Sequence record: SRR9188677_85
Length of the DNA: 64,000 nt
Reading direction: 5' to 3' (one strand)
A program made the position numbers and the translations under genes. Each line of letters starts with the position of its first letter. Position 1 is the stretch's first letter. This document shows, one piece after another, positions 18,915-28,629 of this stretch. The notes beneath the pieces are model-generated. The model worked only from the letters and a program-made list of their open reading frames with translations, was not told where the DNA came from and did no database searches.

Positions 18915-20033
18915 CTAGTTTAAACATAGCATTTCATTTTCGAAAAAACGTCTGGTATTCTCCAAATTAAACAACGGACTAATCATACCCTTTTCAAAAG
19001 GTCTTGGATTAACAGAATGCCTCACTTTATTTACCCATTCCGGATCAGCAATTGCAGCTCGCCCGATCGAAAACAGATCTCCCTGTTCGGTAGCCAGCAG
19101 TTCCTGAGCCTTTGACAAGTCGTGTAATCCACCGTTGGCAATGACAGGAGTTCCGGTTATTTGTTTTGCAATTCCAGATGATGAGGAGCCATCCGGATAC
19201 ATGCATTCGCGTGCCCAGTTGCCACCTTCGGCTGCAATGTGGATGTATGAGAAATTACATTTGGCAACTTCAAAAAATAGTTCTTTCGCGAAATCAGCAC
19301 CAACTGGCCAACGGTATTTCAGATCGTTCACTTTGCTTTCGGAAAGCCTTAACCCTATGATAAAATCCGAGTTGACAGCTTCTTTTATTCTTCCAAAAAT
19401 CTCACGAATTATTCTGAACCGGTTGTGCATAGAACCACCATATAGATCAGTTCGGATATTGGTGTGCGGTGTGATAAACTGGTCCAGCAGATAACCATTC
19501 GCAGCATGGATTTCGATCCCGTCAAATCCTGCCAGTTCAGCATGTTTGGCAGAGTTAGCAAAACCATCAATCACGTTTTCGAAATCAGCTTTGTCCATTT
19601 GTTTCGGAAAATCATACATTTCCACTGAGAGTCCGGCTTTATTCATTTTGCTGCCAACAGGCCTGACGGCAGACGGAGCGATTGCAGTATCATTTTTGAA
19701 AGACAATGCGCCTGCATGCATAAGCTGGCAAATCGCCAAACTTCCATGGAAATGAATGCGATCCGTAATTTTCCTCCAGCCCTCGATTTGATCCTGATTA
19801 ACAATTCCCGGCTGATTCGCCAGTCCTTTGCTACCAAAAAGGTCGGTATAGGTTCCTTCTGAGATGATCGCTGCAAAGCCACCTTTGGCCATTGCCTCAT
19901 AATACTCCTGCATCGCAATTGTCGGAATGCCTGCGCACGTCGCACTATCACGCGTCATAGGTGCAACTACAAATCTGTTTTTTAGGGTTGCTTGTTCTAT
20001 TTTAATTTGATCAAAAAGGTTCTTGCTATCCAT
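18915..20033 (-). CDS. NADH:flavin oxidoreductase, Old Yellow Enzyme family
   Basis: NRFVVAPMTR, QLMHAG, GFDGIEIHAANGYLLDQF, N.RTD.YGGS. Confidence 0.92.
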   Translation of the reverse strand: MDSKNLFDQIKIEQATLKNRFVVAPMTRDSATCAGIPTIAMQEYYEAMAKGGFAAIISEGTYTDLFGSKGLANQPGIVNQDQIEGWRKITDRIHFHGSLAICQLMHAGALSFKNDTAIAPSAVRPVGSKMNKAGLSVEMYDFPKQMDKADFENVIDGFANSAKHAELAGFDGIEIHAANGYLLDQFITPHTNIRTDLYGGSMHNRFRIIREIFGRIKEAVNSDFIIGLRLSESKVNDLKYRWPVGADFAKELFFEVAKCNFSYIHIAAEGGNWARECMYPDGSSSSGIAKQITGTPVIANGGLHDLSKAQELLATEQGDLFSIGRAAIADPEWVNKVRHSVNPRPFEKGMISPLFNLENTRRFFENEMLCLN

Positions 20034-20193
20034 CTTTCACTGTGTTTTATATATTTACAAAGGTCATCCACAGGAACCGATTATGTCCTTAATAAATCTT
20101 ATGAAATGATCTTAAGATAGTTTAAGAAGGATAGTTGGTTTGAAAGAAAGGGAGCTCTAAAATCTGATTGTACAGCAGATTTTTTTCATATTC

Positions 20194-20772
20194 TCATCTG
20201 GCAATTTTCCTGATATTACTCAAAAACTCGGGTGTAATTCCCAGGTAGGAAGCGATGTATTTCTGGGGAATGCGTTGGAGAAAAGTTGGATAAGTTTTTA
20301 CGAATGCCTCATAGCGTTCCGCACCGCTCATGCTGATATTATTCAAAATTCTACGGTCTTGAGCAATCGCACCGTTTTGATTGAGTATTCTAAAAAAGTA
20401 ATTAAATGCCGGAATTTGCTGATACAAATTCTCCAGATCCTGTTTATTGACTTGCAGCAGGAAACTGTCTTCGAGGGCAACAATGCTTCTCGTGGCTGGC
20501 GTGTGCCTCACAAAACTTTCCAAATCAGTAATCCACCAATCTTCGATTGCAAAATGAAGGGTATGGCTATTGCCATCTTTGTCGGTAGTATATGAATGCA
20601 GACAGCCGTTGATTACGTAATTTTCATGGTCACAATAGTTTCCTTCCTGCAAGAGGAACATGCGCTTTTGAAGACGTTTCAATTGAAACGAGGATTTAAT
20701 CAGTTCGATTTCCGACTGGGAAAGGTCGATGTGCTTGCTGATGTGATTGATTAACGGTTGGTAAGCGTCCAT
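20194..20772 (-). CDS. Crp/Fnr family transcriptional regulator
   Basis: cNMP-binding-like N-terminus; C-terminal RIPQKYIASYLGITPEFLS HTH. Confidence 0.9.
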   Translation of the reverse strand: MDAYQPLINHISKHIDLSQSEIELIKSSFQLKRLQKRMFLLQEGNYCDHENYVINGCLHSYTTDKDGNSHTLHFAIEDWWITDLESFVRHTPATRSIVALEDSFLLQVNKQDLENLYQQIPAFNYFFRILNQNGAIAQDRRILNNISMSGAERYEAFVKTYPTFLQRIPQKYIASYLGITPEFLSNIRKIAR

Positions 20773-20791
20773 TGGAAAGTCTTTCGTATCA

Positions 20792-22252
20792 TTAAAACGG
20801 CCCCTTATTATTCACCTTATCTGCATTCTTACTTTTTCCTGGCATCTCACCACGCGTTCCTTTCGCAGGCAATTCCTTTCCATTTTCCCTGTCATACCAA
20901 TCCGGTGTAATGTCTTTTGGATCCGTATCAGCCGTTTCGGATTGCCAGTTTAGTAGCACTTTTTTTAAATTCACGATTTTGCTTTCGTATGATTTGTCTT
21001 TAATCAAATTGTGTTCCTGCAACGGATCTTTCTGATTGTCATAAAACTCTTCGGTTGGTCTTGGAAGTATGAAAATTTCGTTTTGATAAGCCGTGATTGT
21101 ACCATCCTTTTTTGCTTTTTTTAAGGCTTTTGCAGACGGACTTTGATTGGCGTCAATCGGACCTTCGTTGGTTAATTCTGGTCTTGTATTGATCAAATAC
21201 AGGAAATCCTTGGTGCGGACAGACCTTTCAAAAGCCTGGTAATCATGCCAATTATGTTCACCAAAAACGTAGTTTCTAAATGGCGTTTCCGGCTTTTTCA
21301 GAAGCTTTACAAAACTTGTTCCCTGTATACTTTCGATTGGCTTAACGCCGGCAAGCTCCAATAGGGTAGGAGCGATATCAATGCTGCTAACCAGACCTGA
21401 AATATTCTTTCCTGTCCCGGTTATTCCTTTCGGCCATTTGATTACAAATGGCGTTTTCAAGCCTCGATCCAATACCCGCGTTTTGTTTCCCGGAAACGGC
21501 CTTGCATTGTCAGAAGTGAAGATGATAATCGTGTTATCTGCAATTCCCTGGACTTCCAATTCTTTTTGCAATTGACCCAAATAATCATCGATACGGGAAA
21601 TTTCATTGTAGTAAAACGCCAGGTCTTGCCTTGTTTCTTTCGTGTCTACAAGTGTGGGTGGCACAATTACTTCTTCGGGCTTATATGGGTTTTCAAACTG
21701 ATCATTCGCCGACCACTCGCGATGGGCATCGTAAGAAGCAAGCCAGAAGAAAAACGGTTTGTCTTTCGGACGGGATTTCAACAAACTAATCCACTGTTTT
21801 TCGCCACCTTCGCCATTGTCAGTTTTATTTACCAAAAGTGTGTCGTAAGCACGGCGGGAATTCTCGCCTTCATGCCATTTCCCGGCGAGTGCCGAGTAAT
21901 AGCCATTTTGTTTCAAAAGCTCAGGGAAATAAGACAGACGCCGGGGCAAAGGCGTATGCAACTCAGCCGCTCCCGTGTTGTGCGGATAACGTCCGGTTAG
22001 TATGCTTGTCCGGCTTGGACTGCACGAACTGGCGGTTAGAAACAGATTATCAAACTTCAAACCTTCTTTGGCCAATTGGTCAATATTTGGTGTTCGAACT
22101 GCTTTATTTCCGTAAACGCCGATGTCCTCCGGGCTGATATCGTCACCGATAATAAAAATAATGTTGGGGCTTTTGATTTCATTTTTTTGCTTGCAGGAAG
22201 CAAGACTAAACATAACGAGAGCTGCAATTAGAAGATATTTTTTAACGGTCAT
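20792..22252 (-). CDS. Sulfatase (S1, Cys-type), lipoprotein
   Basis: Lipobox LASC; GDD, CSPSRTSILTG, GKWH, SDN, HNWHD. Confidence 0.93.
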   Translation of the reverse strand: MTVKKYLLIAALVMFSLASCKQKNEIKSPNIIFIIGDDISPEDIGVYGNKAVRTPNIDQLAKEGLKFDNLFLTASSCSPSRTSILTGRYPHNTGAAELHTPLPRRLSYFPELLKQNGYYSALAGKWHEGENSRRAYDTLLVNKTDNGEGGEKQWISLLKSRPKDKPFFFWLASYDAHREWSANDQFENPYKPEEVIVPPTLVDTKETRQDLAFYYNEISRIDDYLGQLQKELEVQGIADNTIIIFTSDNARPFPGNKTRVLDRGLKTPFVIKWPKGITGTGKNISGLVSSIDIAPTLLELAGVKPIESIQGTSFVKLLKKPETPFRNYVFGEHNWHDYQAFERSVRTKDFLYLINTRPELTNEGPIDANQSPSAKALKKAKKDGTITAYQNEIFILPRPTEEFYDNQKDPLQEHNLIKDKSYESKIVNLKKVLLNWQSETADTDPKDITPDWYDRENGKELPAKGTRGEMPGKSKNADKVNNKGPF

Positions 22253-22276
22253 GCGTAATTTGTTTCAATCGTAAAT

Positions 22277-23365
22277 TTAGAATTCAACAGTCGTTACAAC
22301 GACGTTTTCGTCCCTCTCAAACGCGCAAATTGTCACCGGCTTTGAGCCTGGGATTTGAGCTAATTTAGGATATTTTCCTACGCCCAGCGATTGCGTTTGT
22401 GAACCGTCTGCATGCCGGAACTGGATTTCTCCATCTCGTTCCCAAGCCATTGCGACACCCGTTTTTGTTTGAGCAAGAACAGGAGTTTTGCCTCTGCCAA
22501 GTTTTGTTTCCGGCTCATCAGGCGTTGAGACGTAGACCTCTTTTTCACGGCGCCAGATGGTTGTTACCTTTCCTTTTGTATCGACGGACAAATCGCCTCC
22601 ATCCATTGGACATCCATCAATGATGTAGTCGCCCAAGCCTTGCTTTTTTGCTTGGCTGAAATGTTTGCCACCGTCGTCAGAATAAATCAGATACATATTT
22701 CGCGCTCCGTTCATTTTGTTGCGGAACATGACATAAATTCTTCCATTCTTATCCATCGCGAGTGAAGGTTTGCAGCAGTCGCAAATACCATCTTGTTTTC
22801 CCTGATAAACCAACTGGTTTTTCGACCAGGTCAATCCGCCGTCGCTTGAAAAAGAACCGTATAAATTATTCACTTTCCCCAACCTCAAATCAAGCCAAAC
22901 GGTGAATACGTTGTTTTCGCCGTAAGTCAAAATTGCTGACAGTGCTTCCAGCGCGGTGCTATCGGTGTCGTTCACTTTAACCGGTTTGGACCATTCATTG
23001 GTTTTGTGATTCTGCCTCAGCGAGTATAAGTTGCCAAAATGGTCCCCGACTGTTACGATCGTAAAGTCTTTTGAAGAAGCAATTTGCGGTCCGCGGCCCA
23101 TACCCAGACCCATATTGTCAAAATTTCCAAGCATTAACGGCGTTGAGAAAGACTTGCCGTTATTTGTCGAAGAAACAAAATATAAATCCCTTTCTTTACC
23201 ATTTTTGATGCCGTATACCATTCGGATCGTGCCATTAGCGTCAACAGAAATCTCAGGCTGACTGCCTTTGCCGACAATGGACTCTGTACCAATCGGTACC
23301 AAGATTTTCAATAATATCCCAAACCAGAAAACGGAAAGTGCCAACGCGATTTTATAAATAATCAT
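22277..23365 (-). CDS. BNR/Asp-box beta-propeller (sialidase-like) protein with CDCC and GCP motifs
   Basis: Asp boxes STNNGKSF, SSDGGLTW, SDDGGKHF; ICDCCKP; IDGCPMDG. Confidence 0.8.
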   Translation of the reverse strand: MIIYKIALALSVFWFGILLKILVPIGTESIVGKGSQPEISVDANGTIRMVYGIKNGKERDLYFVSSTNNGKSFSTPLMLGNFDNMGLGMGRGPQIASSKDFTIVTVGDHFGNLYSLRQNHKTNEWSKPVKVNDTDSTALEALSAILTYGENNVFTVWLDLRLGKVNNLYGSFSSDGGLTWSKNQLVYQGKQDGICDCCKPSLAMDKNGRIYVMFRNKMNGARNMYLIYSDDGGKHFSQAKKQGLGDYIIDGCPMDGGDLSVDTKGKVTTIWRREKEVYVSTPDEPETKLGRGKTPVLAQTKTGVAMAWERDGEIQFRHADGSQTQSLGVGKYPKLAQIPGSKPVTICAFERDENVVVTTVEF

Positions 23366-23477
23366 TATTTAACCCGGTCGAAGTTAGTGGAGATTGCAAG
23401 TATAAATAAACAAAAGAACCTTCGTATTAAGGTAGTAAAAGTACCCTATTAATCAAAAATCGAGAACATATAGAGTG

Positions 23478-23841
23478 ATGGAAATTGAAATACATGAAAT
23501 AAACGATGTAAGAATAGCCGAGGTTATTTCCGAAGACATTGTCATTGCCAATGCGCAGGATGGGCTGGATTTGTTAGGCAACTTATACTATCAGGAATTT
23601 GACAACATCATCATTTATGAAAAACGTAACTCCGGATTTCTTCGATTTGAAGACAGGAATTGCCGGAGAAATTCTTCAAAAGTTTTCAAATTATCGTGTC
23701 CGTTTGGCTATTGTTGGAGATTTTAATGAATACAATAGCAAAAGTATAACTGACTTTATTTTTGAAAGCAATAAACGCGGGCAGGTCAATTTTGTAGGGT
23801 CAAAATCAGAAGCGTTACGCAGACTTTCCATTCAAGCATAA
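23478..23841 (+). pseudogene. DUF4180 family protein, frameshifted in the A-run 23620-23624; probably an assembly error
   Basis: N-half DGLDLLGNLYY and C-half PDFFDLKTGIAGEILQKFSNYRVRLAIVGDF lie in different frames. Confidence 0.8.
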
Positions 23842-23952
23842 ACTGAGAAGGTTTTCGACAAGCGGGATTAGATCTGAACGGTGGAATAGAAATTATGGTA
23901 CCATCATCAAGTTCTATTTTAGTTTTTTATTCCAGCCCATGGAATACAATGC

Positions 23953-23968
23953 TGACATAGGGCTGTCA
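23953..23968. promoter_or_regulatory. Palindrome TGACA-N6-TGTCA upstream of the VOC gene
   Basis: TGACA-TAGGGC-TGTCA 47 nt before ATG 24016. Confidence 0.5.
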
Positions 23969-24015
23969 CTTTAACATTTTAATTTTGTTAAAACCATCAC
24001 CCAAAACAAAAAAAC

Positions 24016-24465
24016 ATGGAATCGAAATCAATGTTACGCGGAATGGCAAACGTAAGCTACTGGGCCGACGATTTGATAGAAGCACGCAAGTGGTACACCG
24101 ATTTATTTGGCATAGAACCTTATTTTCAAATGCCAAATGCAGAAACGCCTGGCTATATAGAATTTCGTGTTGGCGATTACCAGCACGAGGTGGGAATCAT
24201 TGATAAAAAATACGCTCCTAAGTTGGCTCAGGCAGGTCCCGGCGGCGCGGTACTATTCTGGCATGTCGACGATATTAAGGCTACTTTTGAAAAATTGATT
24301 GCCATGGGAGCGACAGAATATGAGCCTATTACCGACCGGAGTGGCGGAAAAGAAACATTTGTAACTGCCTCCGTGGTTGACCCATTCGGAAATGTCCTGG
24401 GCGTGATGTTTAATCAGCATTATCTCGAAATTTTTGATCAAAAGAACGCACAGTCTTTGATATGA
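24016..24465 (+). CDS. VOC/glyoxalase family protein
   Basis: ARKWYTDLFG, FWHVDD, VDPFGNVLG. Confidence 0.88.
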   Translation: MESKSMLRGMANVSYWADDLIEARKWYTDLFGIEPYFQMPNAETPGYIEFRVGDYQHEVGIIDKKYAPKLAQAGPGGAVLFWHVDDIKATFEKLIAMGATEYEPITDRSGGKETFVTASVVDPFGNVLGVMFNQHYLEIFDQKNAQSLI

Positions 24466-24467
24466 AG

Positions 24468-24604
24468 GTTTCACGCAGAGTCTATCTCACGCAGAGCAGA
24501 TGAGCCGAGGCGCAGAGAAGTGAGAAATTTAGGGCATAGTTTAATTTCTCCTCTTTCTCTGCGGCTGTCTCCTCTGCTCTGCGCGGCGGGCGCTCCGGTG
24601 AAAC
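24468..24604. repeat. Imperfect inverted repeat of CGCAGAG/CTCTGCG units
   Basis: Three CGCAGAG units followed by CTCTGC(G) units, bounded by GTTTCAC/GTGAAAC. Confidence 0.7.
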
Positions 24605-24753
24605 ATTTTACTAAACTGCAATGACCAAGGCTTGAACTCCTCTTTAGTAACACCCATTATTCGCTTGCCTTGTTTCTTTTAAGAAAAAGTTAAAATCACT
24701 TATCTGCAATCACGATTTTGTTTAATTTTAATCAACACTAACTTCGACGAAAT

Positions 24754-25107
24754 ATGACTTACTTCAAAACATCACTGCTGGTATTTGCATTATTCCTATG
24801 TGCGTCATTTACTGTGCTGCATCACGGTTGGGCCGATTATGACCAGACGAAGCCCCAGGATTTTCAGACTAAAATAGAAGAGGCGATCTACGAAAATCCG
24901 CATGTATTGGCGAAAGTCAAATACAACAAGGAAGTAATAACGGTTTTTTTGGCACCAACGAGTCGCATGACCGATCGTGGGTTAACGGCAGATATGATCA
25001 CAAAAGGCACCCAGGTGAGATTGGTGGCTTATCCGCACAAAACGAAAAAGAACGAAATGAGGGCTGAAAGAATTTTTGTAAACGAAGAAAAATACGAACT
25101 ACGCTGA
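24754..25107 (+). CDS. Exported DUF6152-like protein
   Basis: Signal peptide, HHGW..YD, Y.NPH, EMRAERI, C-terminal YELR. Confidence 0.75.
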   Translation: MTYFKTSLLVFALFLCASFTVLHHGWADYDQTKPQDFQTKIEEAIYENPHVLAKVKYNKEVITVFLAPTSRMTDRGLTADMITKGTQVRLVAYPHKTKKNEMRAERIFVNEEKYELR

Positions 25108-25109
25108 TT

Positions 25110-25586
25110 GTGCCTGAATTTTTAGAATGGTTAGAAAGCGGTTCTATTGCTGTTTACATCCGGCAATCACTTTGGCTATACCCGGTATTGGAGATTATTC
25201 ACATACTGGGTATAGTACTTTTAGTGGGTGCTGCCTTTATGTTTGATCTCCGTTTACTCGGATTTTCCAGGCAATTGCCTGTGACAGGTATGGCAAGCCA
25301 CCTGTTGCCCTGGTCACAGCGAGGATTAGTGCTCATTGTTCCATCGGGCTTATTTCTTTTCATTACCAATGCCAAAGCACTCGGCGCCGATCCCGTTTTC
25401 TGGACAAAAATGATTCTCATATTGATCGCCGCGCTCAATGTACTTGTTTTTCACAAGTTGATTTTCGTGCGGTATGCAGATCCCAAAATGCCGGAAAATC
25501 TGCCCTTTGCTGCCAAAATCTGTGCCGTCGTTTCCATTTTCGTGTGGATTGCTGTAATCGCCTGCGGACGACTGCTCGCATACTAA
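25110..25586 (+). CDS. DUF6644-like integral membrane protein
   Basis: GTG start; YP.LEI.HILG, DLRLLG, F..KM, GRLLAY; four hydrophobic segments. Confidence 0.75.
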   Translation: MPEFLEWLESGSIAVYIRQSLWLYPVLEIIHILGIVLLVGAAFMFDLRLLGFSRQLPVTGMASHLLPWSQRGLVLIVPSGLFLFITNAKALGADPVFWTKMILILIAALNVLVFHKLIFVRYADPKMPENLPFAAKICAVVSIFVWIAVIACGRLLAY

Positions 25587-25749
25587 GCGGCATTCGAATC
25601 ACATAAGTCGCGAACCGCCTCTTTAAGGTATTGATAAGCATTTTGTCAGATTGAGAGGTCGGCCGTGCGGTCGAACTCCGGTGATGTCTGAATTATATTC
25701 AGCTGTTAAAAATTTCGTTTATTTTCTATTCCAATCAACAGCTCATAGC

Positions 25750-26259
25750 ATGATCAATATCGTAAAAGAAAATCTATGGTCGCAATTTGGAGCAAGTATT
25801 GACATGCTTGAAAACGCCATTATACTCTGGCCGGACGAATATTGGGAAACCGATAAGAAGTTCTTTTACAACGCTTATCATTGTCTGGTTTTTCTGGACT
25901 ATTATCTGACTATTCCTGCGCCAAAGGAATTTGCCTCGGTCCTAACTTTTACAATAATGAAGTCTGGCGAAGTACCCGAGGAGGCGATTGACGATATAAT
26001 ACCGGAGAGAATTTATAGCAAAAAAGAATTACTCGACTATCTGCGGGCAAGTCGAAAAAAGTGCTTTGAATTAATACAAAACCTGACCGAAAAAAAACTC
26101 GGTGAACGCTGGATTGAACAGGACGGAGACATGAATTATGCCGTTCTGGAAATCTTGCTTTATAATATGAGACATGTTCAACATCACGCCGCACAACTGA
26201 ACATGATTTTGCGACAAACGATTGATGATGCACCGGCCTGGGTTTCGCAGGCGAAATAA
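25750..26259 (+). CDS. DinB family protein
   Basis: Start re-called at MINIV; QFGASIDML, AYH, YNMRHVQHHAAQL. Confidence 0.85.
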   Translation: MINIVKENLWSQFGASIDMLENAIILWPDEYWETDKKFFYNAYHCLVFLDYYLTIPAPKEFASVLTFTIMKSGEVPEEAIDDIIPERIYSKKELLDYLRASRKKCFELIQNLTEKKLGERWIEQDGDMNYAVLEILLYNMRHVQHHAAQLNMILRQTIDDAPAWVSQAK

Positions 26260-26377
26260 ATATTAGAATCTGTGGGGAATTCCTATCCGCGGTTTTGGCT
26301 ACAACCTTTACACTTTCGACTACAAATTAAGCGCTGTTTCTGCTGAATTTTGCTTCATAAATCAGTAAAAATAGAAT

Positions 26378-27118
26378 ATGAAAAATGAAATTGAAGGAAA
26401 GGTGATAGCAATTACCGGAGCAAGCAGCGGCATTGGTAAGGCAACGGCTGTAATGCTTGCCGCACAAGGCGCGAAGGTTGTATTAGGAGCCCGACGTGCC
26501 GATCGGCTAGAGGATGTCGTTTCTATCATTACCCAAAATGGTGGGCAGGCTGTTTACGCCGTTACGGATGTGACACGCCACGAAGATCTGACCAATCTCG
26601 TTGAGTTGGCCTGCGGTCAGTTTGGCAGGCTGGACGTGATGATAAACAACGCCGGGATGAGCGAGCTATCGCTGATCGATGAGCTGGATCTTGAAGGCTG
26701 GGAACAGATGATCGATGTAAATATTAAAGGTACATTGTATGGCATTGCAGCAGCAATACCTGTTTTCCTCAGACAAAGATCTGGTCACATTATCAACATC
26801 ATTTCCACTTCCGGAATAAAGATTGTACCCATGCAGGGCGTATATGCCGGAACGAAAAATGCGGTTCGTACCATTACCGAAGCAATGCGGCAGGAATCCA
26901 ACGGGCGGTGGCGTGTGACGGGAATTTCTCCTGGATTTGTAGGAACCGAATTTGTAGACACCATAAAAAATGAGCAGATGCGAGCTGTTATCAAAGAAAA
27001 AATGGAAGAGCTTGCGATTTCTCCTGATGCAATTGCCAGTGCCGTCGCTTATGCAATCGGACAACCTGCTAATGTTGACGTAGGTGATATTGTAATTCGT
27101 CCAAGCTTGCAGGATTAA
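26378..27118 (+). CDS. Short-chain dehydrogenase/reductase
   Basis: TGASSGIG, NNAG, YAGTK. Confidence 0.95.
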   Translation: MKNEIEGKVIAITGASSGIGKATAVMLAAQGAKVVLGARRADRLEDVVSIITQNGGQAVYAVTDVTRHEDLTNLVELACGQFGRLDVMINNAGMSELSLIDELDLEGWEQMIDVNIKGTLYGIAAAIPVFLRQRSGHIINIISTSGIKIVPMQGVYAGTKNAVRTITEAMRQESNGRWRVTGISPGFVGTEFVDTIKNEQMRAVIKEKMEELAISPDAIASAVAYAIGQPANVDVGDIVIRPSLQD

Positions 27119-27248
27119 TTGCGGTTTTGTGGAGCGCCGCGACTATGTATGCGTCTCCATAAACATCCATAAATCAGCTTTTCTGCGGCCTTTCAGTTCG
27201 TTTGTGGGGACACAAACGAGGGCGTCAGCAGATATTAGATAACTAAAT

Positions 27249-28157
27249 ATGAAAACAATTCCGCTTCATCATTACGATAATATTTCTGCACTTATGCGAC
27301 GACTGGAACAGCCAAAGCCGCTTCATCCGCTTGTCGCGTTGATCAATTACGACAATGTAAAAGTGCCGCTTACCGATGTCGGAGATAGATTCTCGCTGGC
27401 GTATTACAAGATATCCTTCAAAACCAATTTCAATGGGAAAGTGAAGTATGGACAGGGTTATTATGATTTTGAAGAAGGCGGATTGGCATTTTTAGCGCCA
27501 AATCAGATCGTTACCATGTCTGACGACGAACATTGCTACAACGGCTACTCGCTATTTTTCCACCCTGATCTGATCAGAAATTATCAGCTTGGCGACGCAA
27601 TTGATCAATATGGGTTTTTCTCCTACGCCGTTGGAGAAGCCCTGTTTTTGTCGGAAAAGGAAAAGGTTACTATCGCTTCCCTTTTTGAATCGATTTCAAC
27701 CGAACTCGATAATAACATCGACCATTTTAGTCAGGATGTGTTAGTGTCACAGATCGAACTGCTGCTGAATTACAGCAACAGATATTACAACCGGCAGTTC
27801 ATAACCCGGAAAAGTGTTCATAATGATATGATTGACAGTCTGAACGCTTTCTTATCAGAGAGGTTTAAATCTCAAAAATCACTTGTTTCGGGCTTACCGT
27901 CGGTTCAGGAAGTGTCTGACTATCTCCATGTTTCGCCGCGCTATTTAACTGATATGCTAAAATCGCTAACCGGCCAAACTGCGCAGCAGCATATTCACGA
28001 CCAATTGGTAGAAAGGGCAAAAAACGTTTTGACAAATACGAATTTAACCGTTGCTGAAATTGCGTATGATCTGGGATTTGAACACCCTCAATCATTCAAC
28101 AAATTATTTAAGCAAAAGACAAACATGTCTCCTATGGAGTTTCGATCCGGGTTTTGA
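27249..28157 (+). CDS. AraC family transcriptional regulator
   Basis: YDFEEG N-domain; C-terminal EIAYDLGFEHPQSFNKLFK. Confidence 0.93.
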   Translation: MKTIPLHHYDNISALMRRLEQPKPLHPLVALINYDNVKVPLTDVGDRFSLAYYKISFKTNFNGKVKYGQGYYDFEEGGLAFLAPNQIVTMSDDEHCYNGYSLFFHPDLIRNYQLGDAIDQYGFFSYAVGEALFLSEKEKVTIASLFESISTELDNNIDHFSQDVLVSQIELLLNYSNRYYNRQFITRKSVHNDMIDSLNAFLSERFKSQKSLVSGLPSVQEVSDYLHVSPRYLTDMLKSLTGQTAQQHIHDQLVERAKNVLTNTNLTVAEIAYDLGFEHPQSFNKLFKQKTNMSPMEFRSGF

Positions 28158-28177
28158 GCAGTCCGTGGTAGTTTACT

Positions 28178-28534
28178 TTACAAACCAAGTATCTGTTTCC
28201 GATGATTAACGCCCCAGTCATGCAATTCCATCATCACTTTTTTTAATGTGCGGGAGTAATCCGTAGCGACATATTCGATCAAGACCGGAGGGCCGTCATG
28301 TACAATTCGTTTAATCAGCTGATGCTCTTCCATGTCTTTCAATTCTTTTGAAAGTACTTTCGGATTGATCCTCGGAACACTTGTTTCTATCTCTTTAAAA
28401 CGTCTGTTGCCCTGCATAATGGAAGTCAGGATCAACACTTTCCACTTGCCGCTGATTACCTCCAGTGCATCACGGATCGGGAGCATCTGCTGAATACAGT
28501 CAATATGTTTGGTCTTGCCTTCTGTTAAAATCAT
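28178..28534 (-). CDS. HxlR family winged-helix regulator
   Basis: N-terminal Cys, ALEVISGKWK, RFKE, LSKELKDME, PP..IEY. Confidence 0.9.
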   Translation of the reverse strand: MILTEGKTKHIDCIQQMLPIRDALEVISGKWKVLILTSIMQGNRRFKEIETSVPRINPKVLSKELKDMEEHQLIKRIVHDGPPVLIEYVATDYSRTLKKVMMELHDWGVNHRKQILGL

Positions 28535-28538
28535 GTTG

Positions 28539-28587
28539 CTTACTTTAAGGTAACTGCCAAACCGGCTTTCTGCTTACTTTTTGTAAG
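28539..28587. promoter_or_regulatory. Two CTTAC..GTAA inverted repeats between the divergent hxlR-like and doxX-like genes; likely autoregulatory operators
   Basis: CTTACTTTAAGGTAAC (28539-28554) and CTTACTTTTTGTAAG (28573-28587). Confidence 0.5.
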
Positions 28588-28629
28588 TGAAAGTAGTGAT
28601 CTTTGTCACACAAACAAAGGTCGATCGAG

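Noticed and set aside
23419-23443. Fifth copy of the TCTAC-N7-GTAGA operator before the BNR-sulfatase operon (minus strand TACTTTT-ACTAC-N7-CGAAG)
   Set aside because: Second arm too degenerate to support without a PWM.
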